Source: Bacteroidales bacterium
GTDB lineage: Bacteria; Bacteroidota; Bacteroidia; Bacteroidales; UBA4181
Direction of reading: 5' to 3'
Assembly (NCBI GenBank): GCA_028700615.1
Contig: JAQVSH010000002.1
Coordinates: forward strand, 1 to 33,019
Length of the DNA stretch: 33,019 nt
Part shown: piece by piece, positions 17,761-27,175 of the stretch
Layout of the letters: each line of letters opens with the position of its first letter
Position numbering within the stretch: the stretch's first letter is position 1
Made by a program: the position numbers and the translations under genes
Notes under the pieces: model-generated
The model's input: the letters and a program-made list of their open reading frames with translations, nothing else
Told to the model about the DNA's origin: nothing
The model's database searches: none

Positions 17761-17869
17761 GATTACCCGCGGGATTATCTGAAAAGGCCGGGCGACAAAA
17801 ACAAGATGCTTTTTGTCTGCACCCGGGTTAAAATTGATCAATTTCTTGTATGTTTACGTAAAAAAACGG

Positions 17870-18952
17870 ATGATAAAAGATTTATTTGCCCGATACGAAT
17901 CATTCTGCGAACCATACCTGATGGAGAAGATGGTTCAGCATCAGGATGTCGCGTCCGCAGTCTCCCGTTTGAAAGAACAATCCGTATGTAAATGCTCAGT
18001 GGCCGGAAAGTCTGCAGAGGGCCGGGAAATCTATCATATCCTTGCCGGAACAGGCACAGCACATGTATTGCTTTGGAGTCAGATGCATGGTAATGAAGGA
18101 ACGGCAACCAGGGCTTTTTTCGATGTATTGCGTTTTTTAAGCGCTGAGTCGGATGAGTTTGAGCCCATCCGCCGGGAAATTATGAACAAACTGACTCTGC
18201 ACTTCATCCCTATGCTCAATCCCGATGGAGCTGAAAGATGGCAACGGGAAAATACGCTGGGGATTGATCTCAACCGGGATGCATTGAAGCTCACTTCCCC
18301 GGAAGCTCAGCTTCTTGATGATTTAAAAAAAAGCATCTGTTGGTCTTTTGCCTTTAATATGCATGATCAATCAGAATATTACTCAGCAGGAAACTCCCAT
18401 AAACCTGCAACCATTACGCTACTGGCGCCTCCCGTAGACGATAGCGGATCCAGACCGGAAAACCGGATACAGGCAATGCAGATAGTAGTTTTGTTACAGA
18501 AAAACCTTTCCTATCTGATTCCCGGACAGGTTGCCAAATGGAAAGACGATTATGAAGCCAGAGCCTTCGGGGAAAACTTTCAGAAAACAGGAGTACCTGT
18601 TATACTGGTTGAATCAGGAGGTTTTCCGGGAGATCAGGGAAAAATAAACCTGAGAAAATTAAATTTTTACCTGTTGATTGAGGCCCTGTATGCTATTGCT
18701 ACCCATGCATATCTGGATATGGATCCCGAAGAATATGAAAAGATACCGCTGAATCGTGAAAACGGAATGTTTGACCGAATTGAAAGAAATTGTCCTTGTA
18801 TTTCCAATGGGTATTCTTATATTACCGACATCGGATACCGTAAAACAGAAACCTACGATGGGAAAAATCTTACCTCAACAGAAATTGTTGATGGAAAGGG
18901 AGATCTCACTGGTTTCGGGAGTTATGAAGAATGTTGTAATTTTATCGTATGA
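17870..18952 (+). CDS. M14-family zinc carboxypeptidase-like protein, no signal peptide
   Basis: HxxE zinc motif (QMHGNEGT), MLNPDGAE, IDLNRDA, second zinc His in FNMHDQ, and ILVESGG. The start is set at the ATG at 17870 (MIKDLFARYE). Confidence 0.75.
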   Translation: MIKDLFARYESFCEPYLMEKMVQHQDVASAVSRLKEQSVCKCSVAGKSAEGREIYHILAGTGTAHVLLWSQMHGNEGTATRAFFDVLRFLSAESDEFEPIRREIMNKLTLHFIPMLNPDGAERWQRENTLGIDLNRDALKLTSPEAQLLDDLKKSICWSFAFNMHDQSEYYSAGNSHKPATITLLAPPVDDSGSRPENRIQAMQIVVLLQKNLSYLIPGQVAKWKDDYEARAFGENFQKTGVPVILVESGGFPGDQGKINLRKLNFYLLIEALYAIATHAYLDMDPEEYEKIPLNRENGMFDRIERNCPCISNGYSYITDIGYRKTETYDGKNLTSTEIVDGKGDLTGFGSYEECCNFIV

Positions 18953-20184
18953 CGCTTAATTATATATGGATCGGGTTTTTCCTGATTGCCTTTCTGATGG
19001 CATTGGGATCCTGGATTTTTTCAGGAAACACAGAAGTATTTAAAGCCATTATGGACAGCACTTTTTCTTCTTCCAAAATGGCGGTCATGGATATCGCACT
19101 GCCTCTCGCCGGGGTGATGACACTCTGGCTGGGACTGATGAATATAGGGGAAAAGGCCGGAGCCATACGGTTTTTATCGCGGATTGTTGGACCGTTTTTC
19201 AATCGTCTTTTTCCTGAAATCCCTGAGAATCATCCGGCATCCGGTCAGGTGATGATGAATTTTTCTGCCAATATGCTCGGGCTGGACAATGCAGCCACCC
19301 CGCTGGGACTGAAAGCGATGCAAAGCCTTCAGGATCTGAATCCGAAAAAAGACACCGCTTCGAATGCCCAGATTATGTTTCTGGTATTAAATACTTCCGG
19401 TTTAACTATTGTCCCGGTTTCTATCCTGGCCCAGAGAGCCATTCTGGGAGCTGCCAACCCTACCGATGTTTTTATCCCTATTATGCTGGCGACCTATGTA
19501 GCCACTCTGGTCGGACTGATTGCTCTGTCTATTAAACAAAAAATCTCTTTGTGGAATAAAACCGTGGCTCTCTGGCTGGGAGGCGTGACTGCTCTGGTGG
19601 CTCTGATTGTCCTGTATTTCGCTTCTCTGAGTAAAGAAGAAATGGAAGTAGCGTCCAGCCTGTGGAGCAATCTGATTCTGCTTTCCATAGTGGTCACTTT
19701 CATTGGCGGAGGTCTGATCAGGAAAATCAATGTTTATGAGGCCTTTATTGAAGGAGCTAAGAACGGCTTTGAGACCTCCGTCCGGATTATTCCATATCTG
19801 GTGGGAATGTTGGTAGGAATTGCGGTTTTCAGAGCCTCGGGAGCTTTGGATGTAATTACCGGCGGCATTGCCTGGTGTGTAAATGCCGTAGGAGGAAACA
19901 CGGATTTTGTTTCAGCTCTGCCCACCGCATTTATGAAACCTCTGAGCGGAAGCGGAGCCAGGGCGATGATGATAGAAACCATGACCACTTACGGAGCCGA
20001 TTCTTTTGCCGGCAGGCTTTCCTGTCTTTTTCAGGGAGCTACGGATACCACTTTTTATATTGTAGCCCTTTATTTTGGTTCTGTCGGAATTAAAAAAACC
20101 CGTTACGCAGTAGGATACGGATTATTGGCCGATTTTTCGGGCGTTCTGGCGGCTATTGCCATTGCTTATCTTTTCTATTCATAA
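18949..20184 (+). CDS. Nucleoside-recognition (Gate) domain membrane protein, fused SpmA/SpmB-like
   Basis: MTLNYIWIGFFLIAF... is an SpmA-like N-terminus. About 10 TM segments, 411 aa. The start overlaps the M14 stop (ATGA). Confidence 0.7.
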   Translation: MTLNYIWIGFFLIAFLMALGSWIFSGNTEVFKAIMDSTFSSSKMAVMDIALPLAGVMTLWLGLMNIGEKAGAIRFLSRIVGPFFNRLFPEIPENHPASGQVMMNFSANMLGLDNAATPLGLKAMQSLQDLNPKKDTASNAQIMFLVLNTSGLTIVPVSILAQRAILGAANPTDVFIPIMLATYVATLVGLIALSIKQKISLWNKTVALWLGGVTALVALIVLYFASLSKEEMEVASSLWSNLILLSIVVTFIGGGLIRKINVYEAFIEGAKNGFETSVRIIPYLVGMLVGIAVFRASGALDVITGGIAWCVNAVGGNTDFVSALPTAFMKPLSGSGARAMMIETMTTYGADSFAGRLSCLFQGATDTTFYIVALYFGSVGIKKTRYAVGYGLLADFSGVLAAIAIAYLFYS

Positions 20185-20194
20185 TGATATTTTC

Positions 20195-22336
20195 ATGATT
20201 TCTGAAACACACATATCCATTCTATCAGGTCAATTATCCATTGCACCCAAACAGATAGAAAATACGGTAGCTCTTTTATTGGAAGGAGCTACTATTCCGT
20301 TTATCAGCCGTTACCGGAAAGAAGCCACCGGAAGTCTGGATGAGGTCCAGGTAGAACAAATTAAAAATCAGTTTGAAAAATTGATTGAGATTGATAAACG
20401 GAGGGAAGTTATTCTAAAATCCATCGAAGAGCAAGGGTCATTAACGCCGGAATTAAAACATCAGATAGAAGAAACCTGGACACTCTCGGTATTGGAAGAT
20501 CTTTACCTGCCTTTCCGGCCTAAACGCCGGACCCGGGCAATGATCGCCAAAGAAAAAGGATTGGAACCTCTGTCTGAAAAATTAATGCAACAATCAGCAT
20601 CTGATCCATACCAGCTGGCCTCCGGATTTCTGAATGAACAGGTCCCCGATCAGGAAGCGGCACTTCAGGGGGCCAGAGATATTCTTGCCGAAAAAATCAA
20701 TGAAAATACCAGAGGCAGGGAAATTTTACGAAAAATTTATGCTCAGGAAGGAATGATTTCATCCAGAGTAGTCAAAGGGAAAGAACCTAACGCCATCAAA
20801 TATGATGATTACTGGGATTTTTCAGAGCCCTTGAAAAGATGTCCTTCCCACCGGTTGTTGGCGATGCGTCGCGGCATGGATGAGGGGGTACTCAAAATCA
20901 CCATTGCCCCTCCGGAAGAAAAAGCGATTGAACCCCTCGAGAAAATCTTTATCCGGAGAAAAAACCCTTCCTCCGAACAGGTAGGTATGGCCATCAAAGA
21001 CAGTTATAAAAGACTTTTGGGCCCGGCCATGGAGACTGAAGCCATGGCAGATTACAAAACCAAAGCGGACGAAGAAGCAATCCGTGTATTTACAGCAAAT
21101 CTCCGCCAATTATTACTTTCTTCTCCCTTGGGTCAGAAGCGGGTACTGGCCATTGATCCCGGATACCGGTCAGGCTGTAAAGTGGTTTGTCTGGATGCTC
21201 AGGGAAATCTCGTTCACAATGAGACCATTTTCCCCCATCCTCCGGAAAATGATACGGCCATGTCGATCAAAAAAATCTCTTCTCTGGTGGAAGTATACAA
21301 AATAGAAGCCATTGCCATTGGAAACGGAACCGCGGGCCGGGAAACAGAGCATTTTATTCAGAAAATTCATTTCGATCATAAACTCGCGGTCTATGTGGTC
21401 AGCGAGAACGGAGCCTCTGTCTACTCCGCTTCTGCCGTGGCCAGAGAAGAATTTCCGGATTATGATGTAACCGTACGCGGTGCGGTCTCTATCGGAAGGC
21501 GGCTTATGGACCCTCTGGCTGAACTGGTCAAAATAGATCCAAAATCTATCGGAGTTGGACAATACCAGCATGATGTAGATCAGGGCAAGCTGAAAAAAAG
21601 TCTGGATTCCACCGTGGAAAGTTGCGTGAACCTGGTCGGAGTCAATGTCAATACAGCCAGCAAACATTTGCTCACCTATGTTTCCGGACTCGGGCCGCAA
21701 TTGGCTCAAAACATTGTGGATTACCGGAAAGAACACGGACCTTTCCGTTCCAGGACAGATCTGAGGAAAGTTCCCAGAATGGGAGAAAAAGCCTATGAAC
21801 AATGCGCCGGATTTCTAAGAATTCCGGATGCAAACAATCCATTGGATAACAGCGCTGTCCACCCTGAACGTTATGCGCTGGTTTTTCAAATGGCCAAAGA
21901 TGTCGGAGCTGAAATACCCGATCTCCTGCAACAGGAAACACTTCGGAAAAAGATCCAACCTGAAAAATATCTTTCTCAGGAAGTAGGAATGCCCACTTTA
22001 ATGGATATTTTGGAAGAATTGGCCAAACCGGGAAGAGACCCCAGAAACCAGATCAAAGTCTTTGAATTTTCTCAGGATGTTTTTAAACCCGAGGATGTTA
22101 AACCGGGCATGGAGTTACCCGGCATAGTGACCAATATTACCAATTTCGGATGTTTTGTTGACATTGGAGTCAAGCAGGACGGACTGGTTCACATCTCACA
22201 AATGGCGGATCGTTTTGTTAAAAATCCTGCCGATGTGGTACAACTTCACCAACAGGTAAAAGTCAGAGTTGTCGAGGTGGATCTGATAAAAAAGAGAATC
22301 GGACTTACTATGAAAGGAGTGAAACAAGATGTTTGA
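20195..22336 (+). CDS. tex: Transcription accessory protein Tex (S1 RNA-binding domain protein)
   Basis: IENTVALLLEGATIPFISRYRKEATG, a YqgF/RuvC-like core (AIDPGYRSGCK), HhH motifs, and a C-terminal S1 domain (GIVTNITNFGCFVDIG). The start is set at the ATG at 20195. Confidence 0.9.
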   Translation: MISETHISILSGQLSIAPKQIENTVALLLEGATIPFISRYRKEATGSLDEVQVEQIKNQFEKLIEIDKRREVILKSIEEQGSLTPELKHQIEETWTLSVLEDLYLPFRPKRRTRAMIAKEKGLEPLSEKLMQQSASDPYQLASGFLNEQVPDQEAALQGARDILAEKINENTRGREILRKIYAQEGMISSRVVKGKEPNAIKYDDYWDFSEPLKRCPSHRLLAMRRGMDEGVLKITIAPPEEKAIEPLEKIFIRRKNPSSEQVGMAIKDSYKRLLGPAMETEAMADYKTKADEEAIRVFTANLRQLLLSSPLGQKRVLAIDPGYRSGCKVVCLDAQGNLVHNETIFPHPPENDTAMSIKKISSLVEVYKIEAIAIGNGTAGRETEHFIQKIHFDHKLAVYVVSENGASVYSASAVAREEFPDYDVTVRGAVSIGRRLMDPLAELVKIDPKSIGVGQYQHDVDQGKLKKSLDSTVESCVNLVGVNVNTASKHLLTYVSGLGPQLAQNIVDYRKEHGPFRSRTDLRKVPRMGEKAYEQCAGFLRIPDANNPLDNSAVHPERYALVFQMAKDVGAEIPDLLQQETLRKKIQPEKYLSQEVGMPTLMDILEELAKPGRDPRNQIKVFEFSQDVFKPEDVKPGMELPGIVTNITNFGCFVDIGVKQDGLVHISQMADRFVKNPADVVQLHQQVKVRVVEVDLIKKRIGLTMKGVKQDV

Positions 22337-22766
22337 TGATGCCTGCTGGATGAAAGAAGCCCTCAAGGAGGCACAAAAAGCAGCAGATAAAAACGAGGTT
22401 CCGGTCGGAGTTGTCATTGTCTGCCAGGATCGGATTATTGCCCGGGCCCATAACCTGACCGAAACCCTCCGGGATGTCACTGCACACGCTGAAATGCAGG
22501 CTGTCACTATGGCAGCGGATGCCCTCGGAGGAAAATATCTGGAAGATTGTACGCTTTATGTCACCCTTGAACCCTGTCCCATGTGTGCCGGAGCTTTGTA
22601 TTGGGCCAGACTGGGACGATTGGTATATGGAGCCTCTGATGATAAAAGGGGTTATTCATTGCTGAGCAGTCGGCTATTGCATCCAAAAACAATTGTATCC
22701 GGAGGTGTTTTAACCGAACCCTGCGCAAAAATGCTTCAAAAGTTTTTTCAAAAAAAACGAGACTGA
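22329..22766 (+). CDS. tadA: tRNA adenosine(34) deaminase
   Basis: CDA-fold motifs HAEM and PCPMCAGA. 145 aa. Overlaps the tex stop by 8 nt. Confidence 0.9.
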   Translation: MFDDACWMKEALKEAQKAADKNEVPVGVVIVCQDRIIARAHNLTETLRDVTAHAEMQAVTMAADALGGKYLEDCTLYVTLEPCPMCAGALYWARLGRLVYGASDDKRGYSLLSSRLLHPKTIVSGGVLTEPCAKMLQKFFQKKRD

Positions 22767-22790
22767 TAAATCATCCGAACATTGTTTTTT

Positions 22791-23588
22791 ATGCACAGTA
22801 AGGTAAATCCGATATACTTCCGGAATCTTTCAACATATGACCGAATCCTTCATTTTATTTCCACCCGGCAGGGAGGGGTAAGTCTGAATGGGCAGTCTTC
22901 CCTGAATTTGAGTTTCAGTCAGGAAACGGATGCTGAAAAAGTGCTTGAAAACAGAAAAAGACTGGCCGGGAAAGCCGGATTTGATTTGAGTTGCCTGACC
23001 CTTGCCCAACAGCAGCACACCTGTAATGTAGCGCTGGTAACTCCCAGAGAAAAAGGATCCGGGGCTTTTTCCAATACAGGACGCTTGGTTGAGACAGATG
23101 CCATGATTACCCGGACTCCCGGAATTTGTCTGATGGTGATGACTGCAGACTGCGTCCCTGTTTTACTTTTTGATCCGGTTGAGAATGTCATTGCAGCCAT
23201 ACATGCCGGATGGCGGGGCACTGTAAAAAGAATTGTTTCAGAAACTCTTTCTGCAATGCATAAAAATTTCGGATGCAGACCTGAAAATATTCTGGCAGGA
23301 ATCGGCCCTTCCATCGGAGTCTGCTGTTATGAAGTGGGAACTGAGGTAGTCACAGAAGCTCAGGAGGTTTTTGATCATCCCCGGGATTTTCTGCCGGAAT
23401 ATGAAGGGAAACCGCATTTTGATCTTCGGTCAGCCAACCGTTATATTCTGGAGAAAGAGGGAGTACTTTCCGGTCATATTGAGACCATAGATCTATGTAC
23501 CAGCTGTTTACCAGAACTTTTCTTTTCCCACAGGGGCCAAAAAGCAAATACCGGCAGGATGGGTGCCGGTATTATGCTCAAAGAGTAA
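22791..23588 (+). CDS. pgeF: Peptidoglycan editing factor PgeF / YfiH (DUF152 laccase-domain protein)
   Basis: DAMIT, MTADCVPVLL, AAIHAGWRGT and SHR motifs. I take the ATG at 22791; the track start at 22782 is a TTG three codons upstream. Confidence 0.8.
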   Translation: MHSKVNPIYFRNLSTYDRILHFISTRQGGVSLNGQSSLNLSFSQETDAEKVLENRKRLAGKAGFDLSCLTLAQQQHTCNVALVTPREKGSGAFSNTGRLVETDAMITRTPGICLMVMTADCVPVLLFDPVENVIAAIHAGWRGTVKRIVSETLSAMHKNFGCRPENILAGIGPSIGVCCYEVGTEVVTEAQEVFDHPRDFLPEYEGKPHFDLRSANRYILEKEGVLSGHIETIDLCTSCLPELFFSHRGQKANTGRMGAGIMLKE

Positions 23589-23598
23589 AAAACCTGCT

Positions 23599-25659
23599 CT
23601 ATTTCTGATTAACGAAAGGATTTTTGGATTCATCATATTTACCACCCTTTGCAAGTACGGGGTAAATGGCCGCCGGAAAGCAGAGACTCTGATAAATCGT
23701 AAATTCACTTTGAGAAATGGCTCCCCGGTTATCGATATAAATTCTTTCTCTGGGAGTCTCCTTGGTAAAAGCAGGATAAGTCACTCCATTTCTGGTGGCA
23801 AGCCCGGGACCAAAAATTAAAATACCCGGACGGGGACCCCATCCCTGCTCTATCGTATAGGCCGATTCGCGGTCATGAGGATTATAAACGCGATTAAAGC
23901 CCATCCCTGTCATAAAGGATTTCCCAAGCGGATTGAGACCCATGGCATAATCCATCATCTGGCTCACGGCATCAATATATTTTTGTTCTTTGGAGATCCT
24001 CCAGTATAATAATACAGAATGTGAAAATTGACCCTGAGCCACATTGCTGCCCCACCATCTGAGAGTGGAAGGAGCTCCTACCGGATAGGCATTTAATGCA
24101 AGATATTCCAACTGTTTGTCTGCGGTAGTCTTGAGGGCGTTTTTAAATATATTCACGACAGCAGGATCAGTAGGTCTTTTTTTAGCAATGACATACGAAT
24201 AAAAATAAGAAGCCATCCAGGCTTTCTGGGCAAAATCTTCAGTACGCGCATTGTAGGTATTGGCCAGTTCCATAACATCCTGAGCGTGATCTTTAATGTA
24301 TTGATGAGCCGTAGCATCTCCCGTCAAAAGATATTTTTCTACCGAGAAATACATTTTATGATTGGGAGTGATCGTTTCTCCGGCAGCTTTAAATGCTCTT
24401 TCGGCTCTTTCCATCAACTCTTTGGCTTTCTCCGGCTTATAGGGTTGAATGATCCTGGCTAAATGCATAAACATCCCGGAAGCCCAGGCTGCGGTGCGTG
24501 AATCCAGTTTTTCTGAACCAAATAAATGATCTTCCCTGTCATAAGTAGTAAAAGGAGAATAACCCGTAGTTTCTGTTCCCCAGATCATTTCTCCGGACTC
24601 TTCCTGTACATATTCCCAGAACATGGCACCCCATGCGGCTTCGTCAATGATATCGGGTATTCCGTTGCATTTACCCAAAATATTAAAATTCTCATCAAAT
24701 CTATCGGGAATATTAAACTGATCGTCCGTAAAATATTCAGGAAAAGCCTCATACGTTGTCAGCAAAGCGCAGGTAACATCCATGTGATAGGTTCTGCGGT
24801 CAGCATCCCCGGCATCATGATATCCTCCCCATGCTTTGAAAGAGGGTTCAGTTCCCGTTACTTTCAACCGGGCTTCAGCGATAGGTCCATAGGTTTTGTA
24901 AATAACCTCATGACATGGTTTCATTCGGATATTCCATGCATACGGCCACATAATCTGTACCCCGCAACGCTGATGATACAATGAACGGAAGCTGACATGA
25001 CCCAGACGGCGTGAAAAATCAGCACCCACCCCAAAAGGATAAGAGCAACCGTACCCTTTGACAGAAATGACATAAGGGCCGCCTTCCGGAACCGCAGACA
25101 GATTGATCCGGTATACAAAATCTCCCGAAGAGGCATCCTGTCCGATTTCCTTCAAGGTACCCGAAGTAATCGGTTTCCCTGTAAATTCATCATAAACGGT
25201 GTAAGCCGGCAGGGCTCCTTCAATCTTTTTGCTTCCGCCATCGCCAAGCCAGATAGCAAAATTGGCATATCTGACCTTTGAAAGGGCACTGTATCCTGAC
25301 TGGTTTGTTTTTATGGATTCACAAAAAATAGTCTTATCATCAAAGGTAAAAGCACTGTTGCCATGAGGGGTCTCAAGCGTATAAGCCTTTCCATTGACCA
25401 ATTCAGGAACCTGCAAATAAATATAATGATCGCAGGCATTCGACTCTGTTACAAAACGATGAATTGCCTTAACCGGTTGACCGTTTAATTTCCACAAAGA
25501 AAGATCTCCCACATTGACTTCATCTAAAATAACGGTATCACTCTTAAAAAAAGCAACCAGTACATCTTTGGAGGCAGTGCGAATTTCCTCCAGGCTCAGA
25601 GTAGCATGTGCCGTCAGAGACCAGCACAGAAAAGCAGTTAAAATTGTCCAGAATTTCAT
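23599..25659 (-). CDS. Secreted glycoside hydrolase family 9-like protein with an N-terminal Ig-like domain
   Basis: Signal peptide MKFWTILTAFLCWSLTAHA, GH9 catalytic-Asp motif GGYHDAGDADRR, DIIDEAAWGAMFW, and NPHDRES. The candidate catalytic Glu lies in SQSEFTIY. Confidence 0.7.
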   Translation of the reverse strand: MKFWTILTAFLCWSLTAHATLSLEEIRTASKDVLVAFFKSDTVILDEVNVGDLSLWKLNGQPVKAIHRFVTESNACDHYIYLQVPELVNGKAYTLETPHGNSAFTFDDKTIFCESIKTNQSGYSALSKVRYANFAIWLGDGGSKKIEGALPAYTVYDEFTGKPITSGTLKEIGQDASSGDFVYRINLSAVPEGGPYVISVKGYGCSYPFGVGADFSRRLGHVSFRSLYHQRCGVQIMWPYAWNIRMKPCHEVIYKTYGPIAEARLKVTGTEPSFKAWGGYHDAGDADRRTYHMDVTCALLTTYEAFPEYFTDDQFNIPDRFDENFNILGKCNGIPDIIDEAAWGAMFWEYVQEESGEMIWGTETTGYSPFTTYDREDHLFGSEKLDSRTAAWASGMFMHLARIIQPYKPEKAKELMERAERAFKAAGETITPNHKMYFSVEKYLLTGDATAHQYIKDHAQDVMELANTYNARTEDFAQKAWMASYFYSYVIAKKRPTDPAVVNIFKNALKTTADKQLEYLALNAYPVGAPSTLRWWGSNVAQGQFSHSVLLYWRISKEQKYIDAVSQMMDYAMGLNPLGKSFMTGMGFNRVYNPHDRESAYTIEQGWGPRPGILIFGPGLATRNGVTYPAFTKETPRERIYIDNRGAISQSEFTIYQSLCFPAAIYPVLAKGGKYDESKNPFVNQK

Positions 25660-25693
25660 AGGGATCTATTTATTAAATCATTTGAGATTAAAC

Positions 25694-25726
25694 AAAAAAA
25701 CCTTCCGGAAAGCCTCCGGACGGTTT
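25694..25726 (-). terminator. Rho-independent terminator downstream of the small basic ORF / acyltransferase unit
   Basis: The minus strand reads AAACCGUCCGGA-GGCUU-UCCGGAAGGUUU followed by a U7 run, giving an 11-bp stem with one mismatch. It starts 36 nt after the small-ORF stop and ends 34 nt before the GH9 ATG. Confidence 0.65.
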
Positions 25727-25761
25727 GAAACTCACATAAGGGATCTTTAAAACTTTACAGT

Positions 25762-25869
25762 TTAGCTTTTACTTTCTTTTTTTGCTTTTTTTTCTGCCCG
25801 TTTTTCTTTTAAGGTTTTTTCGGGTTCCTTCTTGGCACTATTCTTTGCCGGACTCTTTTCTTTTGACAT
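25762..25869 (-). CDS. Tentative 35-aa Lys/Glu-rich small protein
   Basis: Hand translation gives MSKEKSPAKNSAKKEPEKTLKEKRAEKKAKKESKS*, below the 60-aa cutoff of the ORF track. It has an ATG start and its own downstream terminator. However, the region is purine-rich and low-complexity, so the ORF could be fortuitous. Confidence 0.3.
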   Translation of the reverse strand: MSKEKSPAKNSAKKEPEKTLKEKRAEKKAKKESKS

Positions 25870-26042
25870 AGTAGTAGTTTTAAAAAGATCAAACAAAGTG
25901 GAAATTTACACAAAAAAACATTTGTTTAACATTCTGAAATGTTAAATATGAAGTCTCCGTGAAAAGGAATAAAAAAGAAGCAAGCCATAGGCCTGTGAAA
26001 GCAGCAAGCACTGTATCACTGAGACATAAACATCCCGGATGA

Positions 26043-27146
26043 TTAGTTGAAATACTTACCAACAAAAGGTATTTGGCGGATAATCCAGGAAAATATAATG
26101 GATACGACTATTGCCAAGGTGCCAATGATAAAAAACTTAAGAACTGCGTTCATCACCACCGGGGTTGCCAATACAGAAATTCCGATCAAAACCGGGGCAT
26201 GAATTACATACACGCCAAATACATTTTCAGAAATAAACTTCATCAGAGCACTCTGCGTGTTAAATCTGGTTTTAGCAATACCTATAAGAGCCACAATAAA
26301 AGCAACACAAAAGAGGGATTCCCATAATGCATACAAAAAAGCGGGAAAATTCATACCTCCGTTGATTACATTGCTTCCCTCAAATACTTTTCCGAGCGTT
26401 CCCATAAGGATCCACAGAGGAAGCCCTACACCAAAAGCGACCCATAACCATTTTTTACCGGTGCAAAAGTCTATTTTTTCAAGTAAACCCTGGCGAGATG
26501 CAATAATACCTGCTCCAAACATAAAAATATAACCGGAGAAGAAACAGAATTGCAGATTCATAAAGGCAGTTCCTATAGGATAAATCCAACGGATTCCAAA
26601 AGCGAACAGGGTAACCAAGGCGATCAGAAGAACGAGAGTAACAGTCGTAACCGGGATAGGTTTAATTTTAGGTAATTTTTTATGTATCAGCGCATAAAAA
26701 ACAGAGAAAATCAACAAAACCAGCGCAAACCAAAGAGGGCCTGTATAACCCGGAAATTCAAAGTTTTTGATTCCACTTAGCATATAAGACAGTGTATCCG
26801 TTTGAGGATTATGAAGTTCAATACAAAGCGGATGAATCAGAAAAATATAAATCAGAACCGGAACTCCGAGACGATTTAAACGACCTGTGATAAACTTCGC
26901 AGTACCTTTTCTTTCCAGAGAAGCAGGAATAAAATACCCGGCAATAAAAAAGAACAGAGACATGCTAAAAGCCTGGGCATGCGATTGGAAAAACATAAAA
27001 AAGGCCGTGGAAGCAATAGACAACTCAATGTGCTCATTATAATACCAACTCCCTATAGAACTGTAAGTTACTGCTGTATGAATAAATACGACAATAAAAA
27101 TACAGAATACCCTGAGATTGTCTATATAATTTAACCGTCCAGTCAT
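26043..27146 (-). CDS. Acyltransferase family 3 integral membrane protein (OafA/NolL-like O-acyltransferase)
   Basis: NYIDNLRVFCIFIVVFIHT is a typical acyltransferase_3 N-terminus. About 10 TM helices, 367 aa. Confidence 0.8.
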   Translation of the reverse strand: MTGRLNYIDNLRVFCIFIVVFIHTAVTYSSIGSWYYNEHIELSIASTAFFMFFQSHAQAFSMSLFFFIAGYFIPASLERKGTAKFITGRLNRLGVPVLIYIFLIHPLCIELHNPQTDTLSYMLSGIKNFEFPGYTGPLWFALVLLIFSVFYALIHKKLPKIKPIPVTTVTLVLLIALVTLFAFGIRWIYPIGTAFMNLQFCFFSGYIFMFGAGIIASRQGLLEKIDFCTGKKWLWVAFGVGLPLWILMGTLGKVFEGSNVINGGMNFPAFLYALWESLFCVAFIVALIGIAKTRFNTQSALMKFISENVFGVYVIHAPVLIGISVLATPVVMNAVLKFFIIGTLAIVVSIIFSWIIRQIPFVGKYFN

Positions 27147-27175
27147 AACGTGATTTTTAGTGGTCGCTGATCATG

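Noticed and set aside
23589-23598. Convergent pgeF and GH9 genes separated by only 10 nt with no hairpin
   Set aside because: This is merely compact gene packing. Termination signals may lie inside the opposing coding regions, and there is nothing further to test from sequence alone.
25833-25848. Sigma-54-like -24/-12 element TGGCAC-tattc-TTTGC on the plus strand
   Set aside because: The GG-to-GC spacing is 11 nt instead of the canonical 10. It lies inside the candidate small ORF, and no plus-strand gene follows it. Probably fortuitous.
25925-25946. 9-bp inverted repeat TTTAACATT-N4-AATGTTAAA as the acyltransferase terminator
   Set aside because: The stem is entirely A/T-rich and the U-run on the minus strand starts 6 nt after it, so terminator function is doubtful. 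I kept it only as context for the small-ORF finding and did not call it as a feature.
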